Shown: piece by piece, positions 19,872-28,393 of the stretch
How the letters are laid out: each line of letters starts with the position of its first letter
Numbering within the stretch: the stretch's first letter is position 1
Assembly: GCA_030753015.1 (NCBI GenBank)
Contig: JASMDC010000007.1
Coordinates: 32,001 to 96,000, forward strand
Source: Candidatus Undinarchaeales archaeon
Lineage (GTDB): Archaea > SpSt-1190 > JASMDC01
Direction of reading: 5' to 3'
DNA: 64,000 nt
The notes under the pieces: model-generated
Databases searched by the model: none
The model's input: the letters and a program-made list of their open reading frames with translations, nothing else
Told to the model about the DNA's origin: nothing
Made by a program: the position numbers and the translations under genes

Positions 19872-20779
19872 GGCGATGGCGCGTCCACCCCCCCGATCTC
19901 GCGGAAGAACACGTCGTCGAGCCCAGGCTCCTCGACGGACACGCGGACCACCTCGCCTGACCTGGACAGGCGGCCGGTGAGCGCGGCAAAGCCCGCTGGT
20001 GTCCCCCTGTACACTACCTGCCACCGGTCCCCGGGCAGACCCTCGATCTCCAGGTCCTTGCCTGTAGGCTCCTTCCCGAGCACCTCGAGCACGTACCGCC
20101 GTTCGGCGGCCAGCGCCTCCTTGAGCACGTCCTTTGGCCCGGCGGTCACCACACGGCCCTCGTTCATGATGACCACGTCGTCGCAGAGCCGGTCGGCGTC
20201 GAGGAGGAGGTGGGTGGAAACCAGCACCGTGCGCTCGCGCTTGAGCGACAGGAGCTCCTGGTTGAGCGCTACCGAGCTGGAAGGGTCGAGGCCCGAGGCC
20301 GGTTCGTCGAGGATGAGCACCGGCGGGTCGGGGAGCAGGGTGCGCGCAAGCTCCAACCGGCGGCGCAAACCCTTGGAGAGCGCCCGGGCGGGAAGCTCGG
20401 CGTGGCCCTGCAGGCCGTACTCGCGGACCAGGTCCTCGGCACGCGCCTCCAGGTCGGTCCCGCCCATCCCAAGGAGCCGGCCGAAGAACCGCAGGTACTC
20501 CAGGGGCGCCATGTCATCGTACACATGGCTCTCCTCGGGGAGGTAGCCCATGGCCTTGCGGGCACGCTGTCGGTCGGCCCGCACGTCGGCGCCGTCCAAC
20601 AGCACCGTACCATCGTCGGGGATGAGGATGCCGCAGATGCACCGGAGGGTGGTGGTCTTGCCGGCGCCGTTGGGGCCCAGTAGCACCGTTAGCGTCCCCT
20701 CCCTCGCGGTGAGGTCCACGTCGTGGAGCACCTCCCTGTCGCCGTACGACTTGCGCAGCTTGCGCACCTCGAGCCTCAT
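19868..20779 (-). CDS. ABC transporter ATP-binding protein
   Basis: GPNGAGKTT, LSKG, ILDEP and STH. Confidence 0.95.
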   Translation of the reverse strand: MRLEVRKLRKSYGDREVLHDVDLTAREGTLTVLLGPNGAGKTTTLRCICGILIPDDGTVLLDGADVRADRQRARKAMGYLPEESHVYDDMAPLEYLRFFGRLLGMGGTDLEARAEDLVREYGLQGHAELPARALSKGLRRRLELARTLLPDPPVLILDEPASGLDPSSSVALNQELLSLKRERTVLVSTHLLLDADRLCDDVVIMNEGRVVTAGPKDVLKEALAAERRYVLEVLGKEPTGKDLEIEGLPGDRWQVVYRGTPAGFAALTGRLSRSGEVVRVSVEEPGLDDVFFREIGGVDAPSP

Positions 20780-20846
20780 CCTCGACCCTCCATGGCGCTC
20801 ACCATATCGTTCACCGATTTAAAGGGAGTGGAAGGCGGTCGACCCC

Positions 20847-21647
20847 TCAATCCGCCTCGCGCACCTGCAAGTGGAACGCCGCCGAGTCGTACCACAAGTA
20901 GCAGTCGCCCTTCACATTCCCGTCGCACTCCCGTGCGGGCCGCTGTCGACAGCTCTCAGGCTCGCACGCGTCACATCCGGCCATCGGCTCCAGGCACCAG
21001 GTCGGATCGACCGGGTCCCACTTGCGGCACGCAGGCCGGTACTCGCACACGTCGACGTTGAACGCGTACCTGCCGTTGGGCGCCTCCAGCGGGTCGTCGG
21101 GGAAGGAGAGCGTCGTTCGGAGCGCGGCCGCCTCCTGCCCGTAGACCTCGATAAAGCCGGGGCCTGAGAACCAGGTGTTCGGGCTGCAGGTGGCGACCCC
21201 CTCCCAGCATTCCGCGGGGAGGTAGCGCCTGTACTTCTTCAGGACCGCCTCGTCAAGAGGTCCACGCCGCCCCTCCAGCGTCCTGAAGTCCCGGTCGATG
21301 GTATCCTCCCGCGAGCCGGGACCATCCAGGCGGAGCAGGTGCGGGTAGGCGCAAAAGCACCGGTCGTCGGGAGCGATGTTGTTGATCGCCACCTGGATGT
21401 CACGGCGCCCGCCACGTTCCATCTTGATGGATGTCGGGATGGAGAGCATGACCTTCTCATTCCTGTTGTGGACCGTGGGCGGTGGCGGCCTTGACGGCCT
21501 CACCGGCCGCTCCTCGGACACGGCAGCGTCCACCCACACCACCACCAGCACCAGGGGGACGCACACCAGCATGATGATGTCCATGGTCGTGACCCCCTTG
21601 AGCAGCGAGCGCTTTCGTCCCGTCAGTTCCACCAGAAAGGACGACAC
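20847..21647 (-). CDS. Cys-rich membrane-anchored or pilin-like hypothetical protein
   Basis: KG|VTTMDII plus a hydrophobic helix resembles a class III signal peptide. Many Cys in the C-terminus. Confidence 0.55.
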   Translation of the reverse strand: MSSFLVELTGRKRSLLKGVTTMDIIMLVCVPLVLVVVWVDAAVSEERPVRPSRPPPPTVHNRNEKVMLSIPTSIKMERGGRRDIQVAINNIAPDDRCFCAYPHLLRLDGPGSREDTIDRDFRTLEGRRGPLDEAVLKKYRRYLPAECWEGVATCSPNTWFSGPGFIEVYGQEAAALRTTLSFPDDPLEAPNGRYAFNVDVCEYRPACRKWDPVDPTWCLEPMAGCDACEPESCRQRPARECDGNVKGDCYLWYDSAAFHLQVREAD

Positions 21648-21760
21648 TGGGGCGGTTGAAAAACACGGTGTTAGGGGTGATAGTGAGGGCGCTCACACCG
21701 CGCGAGTACCGGCACGCCGGCCTGCCGGCTTTCTTGACCCATGAGCGGCTAATCTCTACC

Positions 21761-22426
21761 ATGGCGCTTCCATGGGAGCACGGGGCCCGGCAGCCGTTCC
21801 TGGACCGGACCGATCCCTCCGATGTCCGCCGGGAGGCAGTGGCGCTTCCCCTGGCGCCCGGCCGGGTCACCGTGCTCCGACCCACCTCCTTCCCCGTGTC
21901 CCTGGCCCTGGCCAGGGCGGCGCTCGCGCCCGGGGGGGAGGTGCGGGCCGTTGTGGTCGACGGCGGTAACCGCTTCGATCCATCAGCCCTGGCGCGATGG
22001 GCACAGCACCTGGGCGCGCCGCCGCGGAGGGTGCTGGAGGCCGTGGCCGTGTCCCGGGCGTTCACCTGCCACCAGCTGGCCCGGCTCGTGACCGAAAGGC
22101 TGCCCCGGGAGCTGGCGGTCACCGGGGCGCGGCTGGTGGCGGTGCTGTCGCTGACCAGCTCGTTCACCGACGTGCCCGCACGGGAGGGCGTCGCCCTCTT
22201 CCGCCGCACCCTGGACGCCCTCGCCCGGGCGGTGCGTTACGCGAACGCCGCGTGCCTGGTCACCCTGGACCGGGAGCCCGAGGGGTACCTGGAACGACTG
22301 GCCCGGCGGCGTGCCGTGGCGTGCGCCGAACTGCTCCCGGGGCTGCGGCTCCAGCTGGAGGGAGGGCCTGCGGTGCCGCTGGGGGCGACACCCGCCCCCT
22401 TTCCCTGGGCTGTGGGTGGTGCCTGA
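21761..22426 (+). CDS. inactivated RadA/RecA-like protein of the PolB2 operon
   Basis: VVVDGGNRFDP and VSRAFTCHQL. No intact Walker A. Confidence 0.8.
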   Translation: MALPWEHGARQPFLDRTDPSDVRREAVALPLAPGRVTVLRPTSFPVSLALARAALAPGGEVRAVVVDGGNRFDPSALARWAQHLGAPPRRVLEAVAVSRAFTCHQLARLVTERLPRELAVTGARLVAVLSLTSSFTDVPAREGVALFRRTLDALARAVRYANAACLVTLDREPEGYLERLARRRAVACAELLPGLRLQLEGGPAVPLGATPAPFPWAVGGA

Positions 22427-22427
22427 C

Positions 22428-22706
22428 ATGGGCCGGACCGTGGCCACGTTCCGCCACCTGCTGGCAATCGAGGAGTCGCGCTGGCGCCCCTTCCGCGACG
22501 GGCTGCGGCGACGGGACCGGGAGGCCTTCGACCGGCTGTTCGACCTGGCCCGGGGCCACGCCGCTGCTGCCACCATGGCGGCCAGCCCGCTCGCCATGGA
22601 GCCGGTGGTGCTGGCGGTGCTCCTGGAGCACCAGAAGGCGCTCGAGCGGCTGACCGCGCGGCTGGCGGAGGTGGACGAGGGTGAGGGGGACCGGCTGGGT
22701 CCTTGA
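22428..22706 (+). CDS. small helical PolB2-associated protein (arCOG07300-like)
   Basis: MGRTVATFR...W.PFR..LRR.DREAFD.LF..AR.H, located directly before polB2. Confidence 0.85.
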   Translation: MGRTVATFRHLLAIEESRWRPFRDGLRRRDREAFDRLFDLARGHAAAATMAASPLAMEPVVLAVLLEHQKALERLTARLAEVDEGEGDRLGP

Positions 22707-24795
22707 CATCCACGCCGACGGGGGCGAGGTCGCCCTCTGGGTGAAGCGCGAGCGGGGCGGTACCGTCCGCCTCGCAGCATCCTACCGTCCTCCCTTCTAC
22801 GTGCTCCCGCGGACGCAGTCCCTGGACCGGCTCCTTCCCCGCCTGCGCCAGCTCCCCGGGGTGGGCCGGGTGACGACGGCACGGCGCTCGGACGTGTGGA
22901 CCGGAAGTGAGGCCGCAGTGGCCGAGGTCCATCCCGCCGATCCGGCACGGATGAAGGCGACGGCGGCCCGGGTCCGCGACGACGTGGGGACGGCGGGAGA
23001 GGTGTGCACCTGCGACGTGGCGCACGAGACGCGGTTCCTCATCGAGCGGGGGCTGTTCCCCCTGGCCAGGGTGCGCTTTGCGGCCGACGACGACGGGCGG
23101 TTGCGTGACGTGGCGCTCGACGGCGACGCTGCCGATGCCATGGAGTACCCGGTGCCCCGTCTTGAGGTCGTGGAGGTGTCCCGTGGTAGGAGCGCACGGG
23201 CGGCCTGCATCGGCCGGGACCCGGACGTGGTGATCACCCGGGGACCCTGCGCCGACCTCCATCTGGTGTCCCGTGAGCCCGTGGAGGCCGTGCGACGGCG
23301 CGCGCGTTCCTACGTCTCCTACGGACGAGTGGTGTACAAGCCGCCGTTCCAGCACCTGCACGGCCGCTGGCACGTTGATGGCGACCATTCCTTCTTCGTG
23401 CGCCGGTGCGGGCTGGAGGGGCTCATCGAGCTCTCCCGGCTCTCCTGCATCACCCCCCAGCGCATGGCTCATACCTCGCCGGGCACGGCCATCAGCGCCA
23501 TGGAGGTGGCCACGGCGCTGCGGCACGGGATGCTGGTGCCCTGGCGCAAGGGCGAGCCCGAGGCGTTCAAGACCGCCTGGCAGCTGGTGCAGGCCGACCG
23601 GGGTGGCCTGGTGCTGGAGCCGGTGCCGGGCGCCGTGGAGCAGGTGGCGGAGATGGACTTCGCCTCCATGTACCCCACCATCATGGACCACCACAACATC
23701 TCGCCCGAGACCGTCCAGTGCACGTGCTGCGGGGACGACGGTAGTGCGACGGTGCCCGTGCTGGGCTACCATCTGTGCAGCAAGCGGCGCGGACTGGTGC
23801 CCGAGACCATCGCACCGCTCTTGGAGCGGCGGCGGCACTACAAGCGACGAGCGCGGGCCACGCGCGGTGCGATGCGCGTGGGGTACGAGCGGCGGCAGCA
23901 GGCGCTCAAGTGGATGCTGGTGACGTGCTTCGGGTACCTGGGCTACCGCAACGCCCGTTTCGGCCGGATCGAGGCACACGAGTCGGTGACCGCCTTCGGC
24001 CGGGACAAGCTCGTGCGCGCGGCGCGCATGGCCGAGGAGGCGGGCTTCGCGGTGGTGCACGGCATAGTGGACTGCCTGTGGCTGCGGCACGAGGATGGGG
24101 ACACCCTCGCGGGGCGGGAGGACGAGCTCGCCGACCTCATGTCGTCCATCGGCAGCGCAGTGGACGTGGAGCTGGAGCTGGAGGGGGTGTACGGGTGGCT
24201 GGCCTTCTCCCCCTCGCGCCTCCACCCCGGGGTCGCGGCGGCCAACCGCTACTTCGGCAGGTACGTCACCGGAGAGCTCAAGGTACGTGGGATCGAGTCG
24301 CGACGCAGGGACGCGCCGGGTGTGGTGCGCCGGCTCCAGGCACGTATCCTGGGCATCCTTGCTGGCTGCCCCGACCTTGCCGCGGTGCGCGACTCCCTGC
24401 CCGGTGCCGTGGAGGTGGTGCGCCTGGCCGTGGACGGGGTGCGGGCCGGTGACGTCCGGTCCGATGAGCTGGAGGTGTGCACGGTAGTGTCCCGCTCCGA
24501 CTACCGCGGCCGCTCGCCGACGGCGGTCGTGGCCACGGCACTGCGCGACGAGGGCGTCGAGCTCCTCCCCGGCCAGAAGGTGCGGTACGTGTGGGGTGCC
24601 GAGGGCCGGCCCGTGCCCGCGAGCGAGGCCGACGGGTACGCCCACGACCGGTACACTGAGCTTCTAATCAGGAGCGCGGGGACCCTTTTAGCGCCCTTCG
24701 GGCTCCCTGCCGAGGCGCTCGCCCGGCGCCTGGCCCCCGGCGGCCATCAGCTTACCCTTGCCGCGTGCGTCGCGCGCAGAAGACGGGCGCGGTGA
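22681..24795 (+). CDS. polB2: family B DNA polymerase, PolB2 type
   Basis: DFASMYPTIM, ALKWMLVTCFGYLG, degenerate motif C HGIVDC, NRYFG and KVRGIE. Exonuclease domain eroded. Confidence 0.9.
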   Translation: MRGTGWVLDIHADGGEVALWVKRERGGTVRLAASYRPPFYVLPRTQSLDRLLPRLRQLPGVGRVTTARRSDVWTGSEAAVAEVHPADPARMKATAARVRDDVGTAGEVCTCDVAHETRFLIERGLFPLARVRFAADDDGRLRDVALDGDAADAMEYPVPRLEVVEVSRGRSARAACIGRDPDVVITRGPCADLHLVSREPVEAVRRRARSYVSYGRVVYKPPFQHLHGRWHVDGDHSFFVRRCGLEGLIELSRLSCITPQRMAHTSPGTAISAMEVATALRHGMLVPWRKGEPEAFKTAWQLVQADRGGLVLEPVPGAVEQVAEMDFASMYPTIMDHHNISPETVQCTCCGDDGSATVPVLGYHLCSKRRGLVPETIAPLLERRRHYKRRARATRGAMRVGYERRQQALKWMLVTCFGYLGYRNARFGRIEAHESVTAFGRDKLVRAARMAEEAGFAVVHGIVDCLWLRHEDGDTLAGREDELADLMSSIGSAVDVELELEGVYGWLAFSPSRLHPGVAAANRYFGRYVTGELKVRGIESRRRDAPGVVRRLQARILGILAGCPDLAAVRDSLPGAVEVVRLAVDGVRAGDVRSDELEVCTVVSRSDYRGRSPTAVVATALRDEGVELLPGQKVRYVWGAEGRPVPASEADGYAHDRYTELLIRSAGTLLAPFGLPAEALARRLAPGGHQLTLAACVARRRRAR

Positions 24796-24846
24796 GCACT
24801 TGTAATGTCAGGCACGTATATATGCTATCCACACCATGACCCTTCT

Positions 24847-24954
24847 GAGGAAAATGGCAAACACGCCTCCCGGGGGGACGACAAAGGATGGGTCTCTCGT
24901 TTTTTTTCTGACCATCCTTGGCTGCCACCACCGCCCCCCGGGCCTCTTTCTCCC
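24847..24954 (+). ncRNA. putative ncRNA, copy 1 of tandem triplet
   Basis: TATA at 24817. Stems CCCGGGGGG/CCCCCCGGG and AAGGAUGG/CCAUCCUU. GCUGCCACC at 24921. Confidence 0.6.
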
Positions 24955-25015
24955 TTAACTTCTATCGGAAAGATGCCTTCGGAAGGTATTTATGCTATAC
25001 ACGACTAAATAGTAT

Positions 25016-25137
25016 GGGGGGAATGATGGTCATTCTTCCCCCGGGGGACGGGATGGAAGGTTCACCTAATAATAGAATAATAGCACTTCTTAGTCTTCCT
25101 TTGGCTGCCACCTCCGCCCCCCGGCACTATTCTCCCC
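25016..25137 (+). ncRNA. putative ncRNA, copy 2 of tandem triplet
   Basis: TATA at 24987. Closing stem GGGGGGAAU/AUUCUCCCC, hairpin GAAUGA/UCAUUC (alternative to the closing stem), long stem, GCUGCCACC at 25104. Confidence 0.65.
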
Positions 25138-25184
25138 GTTCCTGATCCGAAAGGTAAATAGGCCATCCACACCTGATTAAGGAC

Positions 25185-25297
25185 CGGGGGGAACGGGAAC
25201 CCAGTTCCTATGCTCTCCTGGGGGGCGGGATGGGGAAGTGCTGCCTATTTCTGTTTACGCTTTCTCGCTGCCACCCCCGCTCCCCGAACCTTCCCTG
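25185..25297 (+). ncRNA. putative ncRNA, copy 3 of tandem triplet
   Basis: CGAAAGGTAAATA promoter at 25148-25160. Hairpin GGAAC/GUUCC, stem GGGGGGCGGG/CCCGCUCCCC, GCUGCCACC at 25267. Confidence 0.65.
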
Positions 25298-25314
25298 ACC
25301 CAGAAGAACATGCA

Positions 25315-26451
25315 CTAGGCACGTTCATCGAGCAGGTCGGCGGCGGCCTCGAGGTCGAGCACGCGGTACTCGATTGTGAGGCTCTGCCAGGGGCGGAGGA
25401 CGTTGCTCGCTGCCTCGTGGCCCGAGGAAAGGAGCACCTCCTTGATCTCGTCGTTGGACAGTCCGTTGTACTGGGACTTGATGGCCGCCACGGCACCCGC
25501 CACCAGGGGTGCGGACATGGACGTGCCCGTCCATGTCGTGTAGCCGCCGGGGACCGGGGAGAGGATGTCCACGCCGGGCGCGACGATGTCGAAACCGAGG
25601 TTCGTGGAATTGTACAGGCGGTCCTTGTCCTCCCATGATGCGCCCGCGGTGAACACGTCGGGGCAGGAGCCGGGCGACGTCCTGCTGAGACCAGTCGCCG
25701 GATCGGCCGTCTCCCGGGCGTTGCCGGCGGACGCCACGAGGAACACTCCCGCGTCGTACACACGTGAGCATGCCTCGTTGATGAGGCGGTCCACTTCGGC
25801 CTTGGGCCGTCCCTCGAAGTCCTCTGCGGTCTCCATGCCGAAGGACATGTTGACTACGTCCATCCCGTCCGCCACGGCCTTGTCGAGTCCGCGCAGTGCG
25901 ACCGAGAACCCGTCATCGCCTTTGCCCGTGACGACCTTGTAGCTGTACAGCTCGGCCTCGGGCGCGATGGTGTGGACGATACCGGCGACGTGCGTGCCGT
26001 GGCCGTGGTCGTCGTACGGGTCGGGTTTGTCGTAGACGAGGTCGGTGAACCCGCGGTAGGCGTCGATGAGGTAGGGGTGGGACGCGTCGATGCCCATGTC
26101 GAGGATGCCCACCTTCACACCTTCACCGGTGAGCCCCCGGGCGTTCGCCTCGGCGGCGTGCACACGCCGGTAGCCCCAACCCTGGGCCACGTCCTGTGGT
26201 CCGACGCCAGTGGCGAGCTCGTAGGGCCGGTCGCTGTGCGTGATGGTGATCGCGCGTTCGTCACCGTAACAGGTGATGACCCCAGCTGTCCGGAGGTCGG
26301 CGAGCTCCCTGGCATCGGCATCCATAACGAGTGCGGCGTTCAGTGACGTGTACGCCTCCTCGACGGCGAGACCATGGGACGCGAGATCGTACGCGCCATG
26401 ACCCTGCTCCAAGAACACGACAGTGCGCTCGACACCTGCAAGCTCCACCAT
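25315..26451 (-). CDS. subtilisin-like S8 serine protease (no signal peptide)
   Basis: Triad GILDMGID, HGHGTHVAG and GTSMSAP. Oxyanion SAGN. Confidence 0.93.
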   Translation of the reverse strand: MVELAGVERTVVFLEQGHGAYDLASHGLAVEEAYTSLNAALVMDADARELADLRTAGVITCYGDERAITITHSDRPYELATGVGPQDVAQGWGYRRVHAAEANARGLTGEGVKVGILDMGIDASHPYLIDAYRGFTDLVYDKPDPYDDHGHGTHVAGIVHTIAPEAELYSYKVVTGKGDDGFSVALRGLDKAVADGMDVVNMSFGMETAEDFEGRPKAEVDRLINEACSRVYDAGVFLVASAGNARETADPATGLSRTSPGSCPDVFTAGASWEDKDRLYNSTNLGFDIVAPGVDILSPVPGGYTTWTGTSMSAPLVAGAVAAIKSQYNGLSNDEIKEVLLSSGHEAASNVLRPWQSLTIEYRVLDLEAAADLLDERA

Positions 26452-26521
26452 GCTGGCGCTGCTGGCGAGGGTGCTTTTATTCCTTCCCCGGGGGACGGGG
26501 CGTGGGCCGTCCTGTCACGGA

Positions 26522-27706
26522 TTACTCGGTGTCCTCGAGCAGGTCGGCTGCCGCCTCGAGGTTGAGCACCTTGTACTCCTGGAGACCGTGGTAGTAGGTG
26601 TTGTGGCTAGCGTCGTCGGCCGAGGCGATGAGCGCGTCCTTGATCTCGTCGTTGGACAGGTCGCTGTACTTGGATTTGACGGCCGCAACGGCACCCACCA
26701 CGAACGGGCAGGCCATGGACGTGCCGTCCCATGTTGCGTACCTGTCCCCGGGGATCGAGGAGAGGACCCGCGCACCGGGTGCCGAGATGTCGAACCCGAG
26801 GTTTGTGAAGTACGCCAGCTTGTCGTTGTACTTGCTCATGGCGCCTACAGCGAAGACGTCCGGCCCCGACGCGGGAGCGGACCTGCTGCGGCCGGAGGCC
26901 GGGTCGGCGGCCTGGCCGTCGTTGCCGGCAGCCGCCACGAGGAACACGCCCGAGTCGTACGCACGCGAGCAGGCCTCGTTGAGTATGCGGTCGCCTTCCT
27001 CCTTGGAGTATCCCTCGCGTTCCTCGTCGGTGTCCAGACCGAAGGACATGTTCACCACGTCCATACCGTCCTGTACTATGGTGTCCAGGCCGCGGAGGAT
27101 GTCCGAGATGCGGTTGGCGCCATGCGACATATGGAGCTTGTAGCCGTACAGCTCCACCTTGGGAGCGACGGTCTTGACGATCCCGCCGCAGTGGGTGCCG
27201 TGACCGTGGTCATCGTACGGATCGGGCTTGCCGTAGGGCAGGTCGGTGAACCCGGCGTAGTTGTCCTTGAGGTACTCGTGGTCCGCGTCGATGCCGGTGT
27301 CGAAGATGGCGACCTTGACACCAGCGCCGTCCAGACCCTTGGTGTTGGCCTGGGCCGAGCGCACCCGGAGGTAACCCCAGTCGTTGGGGACGTCGCGTGC
27401 CTCGGGCTGATCGCCGGTGTCGTACGGATCAGGGGAGATGCTGCCGGGGCCGTGTGTTCCCTTGTTGTACGGACCGCGGGTCTCGTCGGAGATGGTCACC
27501 TCATGGTCCTCGGCGTAGTCCGAGACCACACCCACCAGCTGCAGCGTGGCCAGCTCCCGCGCGTCAGCTCCGGTCACTATCGCAGCGCCCAGACCGGCGT
27601 AGGACTCTTCCACCTGTATGCCGTAGGACTCGAGCTCCTCGGTGGCGTTGCCGCCGTAGGACCTGTCGAAGAAAACGATCGTACGCTCACTGCTCTCAAT
27701 ATCCAT
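26522..27706 (-). CDS. subtilisin-like S8 serine protease, tandem paralog
   Basis: AIFDTGID, HGHGTHCGG and GTSMACP. Start ATG 27706 chosen by alignment with the paralog. Confidence 0.93.
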   Translation of the reverse strand: MDIESSERTIVFFDRSYGGNATEELESYGIQVEESYAGLGAAIVTGADARELATLQLVGVVSDYAEDHEVTISDETRGPYNKGTHGPGSISPDPYDTGDQPEARDVPNDWGYLRVRSAQANTKGLDGAGVKVAIFDTGIDADHEYLKDNYAGFTDLPYGKPDPYDDHGHGTHCGGIVKTVAPKVELYGYKLHMSHGANRISDILRGLDTIVQDGMDVVNMSFGLDTDEEREGYSKEEGDRILNEACSRAYDSGVFLVAAAGNDGQAADPASGRSRSAPASGPDVFAVGAMSKYNDKLAYFTNLGFDISAPGARVLSSIPGDRYATWDGTSMACPFVVGAVAAVKSKYSDLSNDEIKDALIASADDASHNTYYHGLQEYKVLNLEAAADLLEDTE

Positions 27707-27829
27707 CCCGTACACCCATGGGGACCACTGTCCCCTCAAGTGATATCTAGCGGGGTCGCCGGAATATAAACCTTCGGTCTTCGGCAAGTGGAGGACTCGC
27801 GGCCGGACCGGTCGCGAGGCAAAACTTCA

Positions 27830-28360
27830 GTGAACTACCCCTCCCTAAGTCGAGGGGCTTCCCGCTTCGACGCTGTTCCCATCTCCACGGGCGCATCGGG
27901 TGGTCCCCACCCTGATCGATCCTGAATGTAGATCGCAGCGTTCAGGTCGCAGTTTATCGTCAGCCTGAGGGTGATCCGGCCCAGACCATCGATGGAAACG
28001 TTCAGATTTCCTTCCGTTATCAGACCGGGTCGAGGCATCTGCACATCCACGTGCACGAAGACCTCCCTCAGAGCGCACCGTGCTATGAGCATCCATCACC
28101 CTGCCCCTGGAAAACCATGACCCCGACCGATCAGCCAGCATTCTCACCTTTGCTAAACGTTGGCCGGATTTAGGTCTCCAGGACGCGACTGTTATCGCTT
28201 CTGTTCAATGATCGTCCTTGGTGGTCACCCCTAATAGGTATTAGGCCGTTCATCATTATATCCCAAAGGGAGGTGGCGTGCCGGTACTCGTCCGGAAAGT
28301 AACTTTCGGCTCCATCCCCTCCCTACCGGAAGGGGACTTCCCGCTGAAAACGATAAAGAG
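27830..28360 (-). mobile_element. degenerate non-autonomous IS200/IS605-family element with tnpB remnant
   Basis: Minus-strand right end GAAG-CCCCTC..GAGGGG-TAGTTCAC. Related left-end hairpin at 28315-28336. Translated remnant EGNLNV..DLNAAIYI matches TnpB RuvC II/III pieces. Confidence 0.8.
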
Positions 28361-28393
28361 TTAAATCGTCAGAACATAATCTCGCTCCTACGC

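Noticed and set aside
22237-24645. Long antisense ORFs (802 aa here; also 6836-8476, 42542-44659, 55473-56984)
   Set aside because: Shadow ORFs typical of GC-rich coding DNA, opposite well-supported genes.
24805-25300. Small peptides, tRNAs or a CRISPR array explaining the triplet
   Set aside because: The peptide frame is not shared by copy 1, where an in-frame TGA interrupts it. There is no T-loop or cloverleaf. The shared run is only 9 nt, with about 160-180 bp spacing and individual promoters.
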